64,000 nt of DNA from Camelus dromedarius. Lineage: Eukaryota. This document shows, piece after piece, positions 61,651 to 64,000 of this stretch. Numbering within the stretch: position 1 is the stretch's first letter; every line of letters starts with the position of its first letter. Made by a program: the position numbers and the translations under genes. The notes below the pieces were generated by a model. That model saw only the letters and a list, made by a program, of their open reading frames with translations, did no database searches and was not told the origin of the DNA. The stretch covers positions 93,560,001 through 93,624,000 of the forward strand of contig NC_087437.1 in assembly GCF_036321535.1 (NCBI RefSeq). The letters run 5' to 3'.

Positions 61651-62997
61651 AGTTTTAAAAATCCATAATTAATACAAAGAGAGCAATTGTGTAAGCATTT
61701 ATATTATTGAAATATAATACTCTTTCTCAGTATGAAGTGTACCTACCTGCCTACTTTATTAAAAATATTTCTTTTTAATTATTGTGTTTAAATCTCTGAA
61801 ACCTCCAGGACTGGGAGCATTAAAATAATTGTTGGTCCAGTTAAAGTTATTTACGTTCAACGTAATACCATTTTATTGTAAACATTTATTAGTTTTTTTA
61901 AAAGTAACATATCACCCATAAGTAAATACTGTGTATGCCTGTGACTCTGATTTTAAATGCACACTGAGTTTTGTCCCGTGTGTAGAGAAGTATTCCTTTG
62001 TCCAAAGTGGAAAGGCAAACTTTAAGGGCAAAGACACAAAATCAGACTTACGATATTTAAGGTAGAGTTAAAAACATCACATTTGGTAATTCTTTGTACT
62101 GCTTTAGTATAGCAAAAGCAGAAATGAGGTTTTTCTCCTCCTCTCCCTTAGATCTTTTAAGCTGAAGAATACAAAATACATTCAAATAGAAGAGCTAGGT
62201 AGGGGACTGGTAATGTGTGAGCAACTGTCTTATTCATGGATTATTTGCATGGGCTAGTACTTCTCTAAAGCCTCAGTTGAATCTTCCATTTATGCTCCAC
62301 AGTGTATGGGAAATATCCACTCCTATTTTTTTATAAAGTATTAAATTAATTGGTAAAATAATTTTTTTTAACCTTATAATGGGGTTATAATGATTCACTT
62401 TTATTTCCAAATGGGACATTGAAAAATTTACCACATATTTGGGATTTATAATGCGAAATACACATTAAAATAAATTCCAGTAACAAAGTTTTTAGAATTC
62501 CACAGCACACAAGCCTGTTTCCATAAGGGTATACAACATGTGGTACACATTGATGCTTCTTGAGATTTTCACGACCTAAAGTGTACCTTTTCGGATACTG
62601 CAGTGTAATGTTGTTCCTGGTAGCATCTGAATTCTAATTTCTAGATGACTTGCAGAAGAAATGCAGTCTATTTATTTATCCTTTCAAACTTCAGAATAAG
62701 AGCCTCATGCAAATAACCCCACAGCCAGTTCTTGGAGAATTCTAGTTCCAGTTGTGTTCTTTTATGTCCAGAAGCCTTGTATTTCAGCATTTTATAGAAC
62801 AAAAGGTTAACCTGAATTCTAAAAGCAGTTCATTAAGAATGATACATTTTGAGTAAAATCCAAATCATACATATTTATGATAATCATAATTGACTTTAGG
62901 AGTTCTCCTGTGAGTTTCATAACTCTTCAAGGAATACTGGTTTTTCTTTGCTTTTCAGAGACACAGGAGACATGGGCACAGAAATTCTCATGGTGCT

Positions 62998-63210
62998 ATC
63001 AAATTGGGTGTTCAAGATTTGCAAATATTACCTACTGTATATAAAATAGATAAACAAGTTTCTTCTGTATAGCACAGGGAATTATATTCAATATCTCATA
63101 GTAATCAATAATGAAAAAGAATATGAAAATGAATATATATGTATGACTGAAACATTATGCTCTACACCAGAAATTGACAGTTGTAAACTGACTATAATTC
63201 AATAAAAAAA
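62998..63210 (+). mobile_element. Young 5'-truncated camelid-type L1 3' end
   Basis: CTGTATAGCACAGGGAATTATATTCAATATCT...TGACTGAAACATTATGCTCTACACCAGAAATTGAC...TCAATAAAAAAA. Confidence 0.9.
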
Positions 63211-64000
63211 TTTCCTGCCAGTGTTTTAGCTACTATGAAAGACTTGTAAGAATTTTGTCACATCAAAAAATATTTAATTCTATTCCCTAACAATTCCATT
63301 TTTGATAGACCATTATATAATATTAAATAATGACTCGATCTAATAAAAAATCAGGACGGCTTTTGAGGATGAGTTATATCAGAGAGGGGATCATTGCCCT
63401 CACAAGAACTGAGAAGCTACATACCACCCCCACCACCACACACAAACATTCTGAACTGTATGTTTTAGTGAGTGTATAAACTCAAAAAATATTTCACTCT
63501 CTGTGAATCCATTTTTTGTTTCCACATTTCAATTAAATTGTGAAAAGCAAGGCAGGATCAAAGGGAGAGCAATTTTACAGGTGAAATCTCTAAGAAGTTG
63601 AAGGAAGAACAAGTAAATGAACTGGTAATTCAGGCTGTGGAAGAAACACCGAGGTGATTTAATAGATCCCCCAGTACCCTGGCAGGCTGTATTTCACAAC
63701 TCACCAATTTTGCACTCTTCCATCAAGAGCTGCAATCGGTGTTTGTTCATGGGAGAAATTTGAGGAGAGGCTCAATTGTCTATTTAATACCAATCATTAA
63801 ATTTATAAAAATTATTGTTACAATCCAGAACACAATTATTTCCCATTGACAGATGTATTTAAAAATAAAGAAATAGCCTCATACTAAAGTGAGAAATATA
63901 GATTAAAATCATAGGGAACTGGGATCTCATAATGATTGCTTGAATAGATTGAAGCACACTGTGTTTTAAAATAATGGGAGAGTGTGGATAGATATGAAAA

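Noticed and set aside
62959..62997. Strong splice acceptor TTTTTCTTTGCTTTTCAG
   Set aside because: Runs into an L1 3' end after ~40 nt with no convincing donor
1..64000. CRISPR array, operon, prokaryotic defence system, CpG-island promoter or NUMT
   Set aside because: Mammalian repeat-rich non-coding DNA; no regularly spaced repeat-spacer array, no gene-dense segment, no CpG-rich region and no mitochondrial-like sequence recognised

Overview
AT-rich, CpG-depleted placental-mammal DNA from a gene desert or very large intron. The host is most likely a camelid, inferred from two vic-1-type tRNA-derived SINEs and characteristic young L1 3' ends. No host protein-coding gene, RNA gene or CpG island can be supported. 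Every ORF in the track with a recognisable motif is a decayed L1 ORF2 piece; off-track frames show ERVL pol, L1 ORF1 and hAT transposase relics. A large part of the window is interspersed repeat: MIR, L2, old and young L1, MaLR/ERVL/ERV1 solo LTRs, Tigger/Kanga/Charlie DNA transposons and microsatellites. Repeat family names are from my recall of consensus sequences and need RepeatMasker/Dfam confirmation. I found no convincing new biological system. The best leads are: (1) a MER41-like LTR with an intact STAT GAS site, a candidate interferon-gamma enhancer, with a second copy in the window that has lost the site; (2) a 3.5-kb L1 with a twin-priming-type inversion that lacks its RT core; (3) two L1s breaking at the same A-rich ORF2 tract; (4) two L2 copies too similar to be independent; (5) a pure-AT palindromic tract; (6) a few splice-site-flanked candidate exons.
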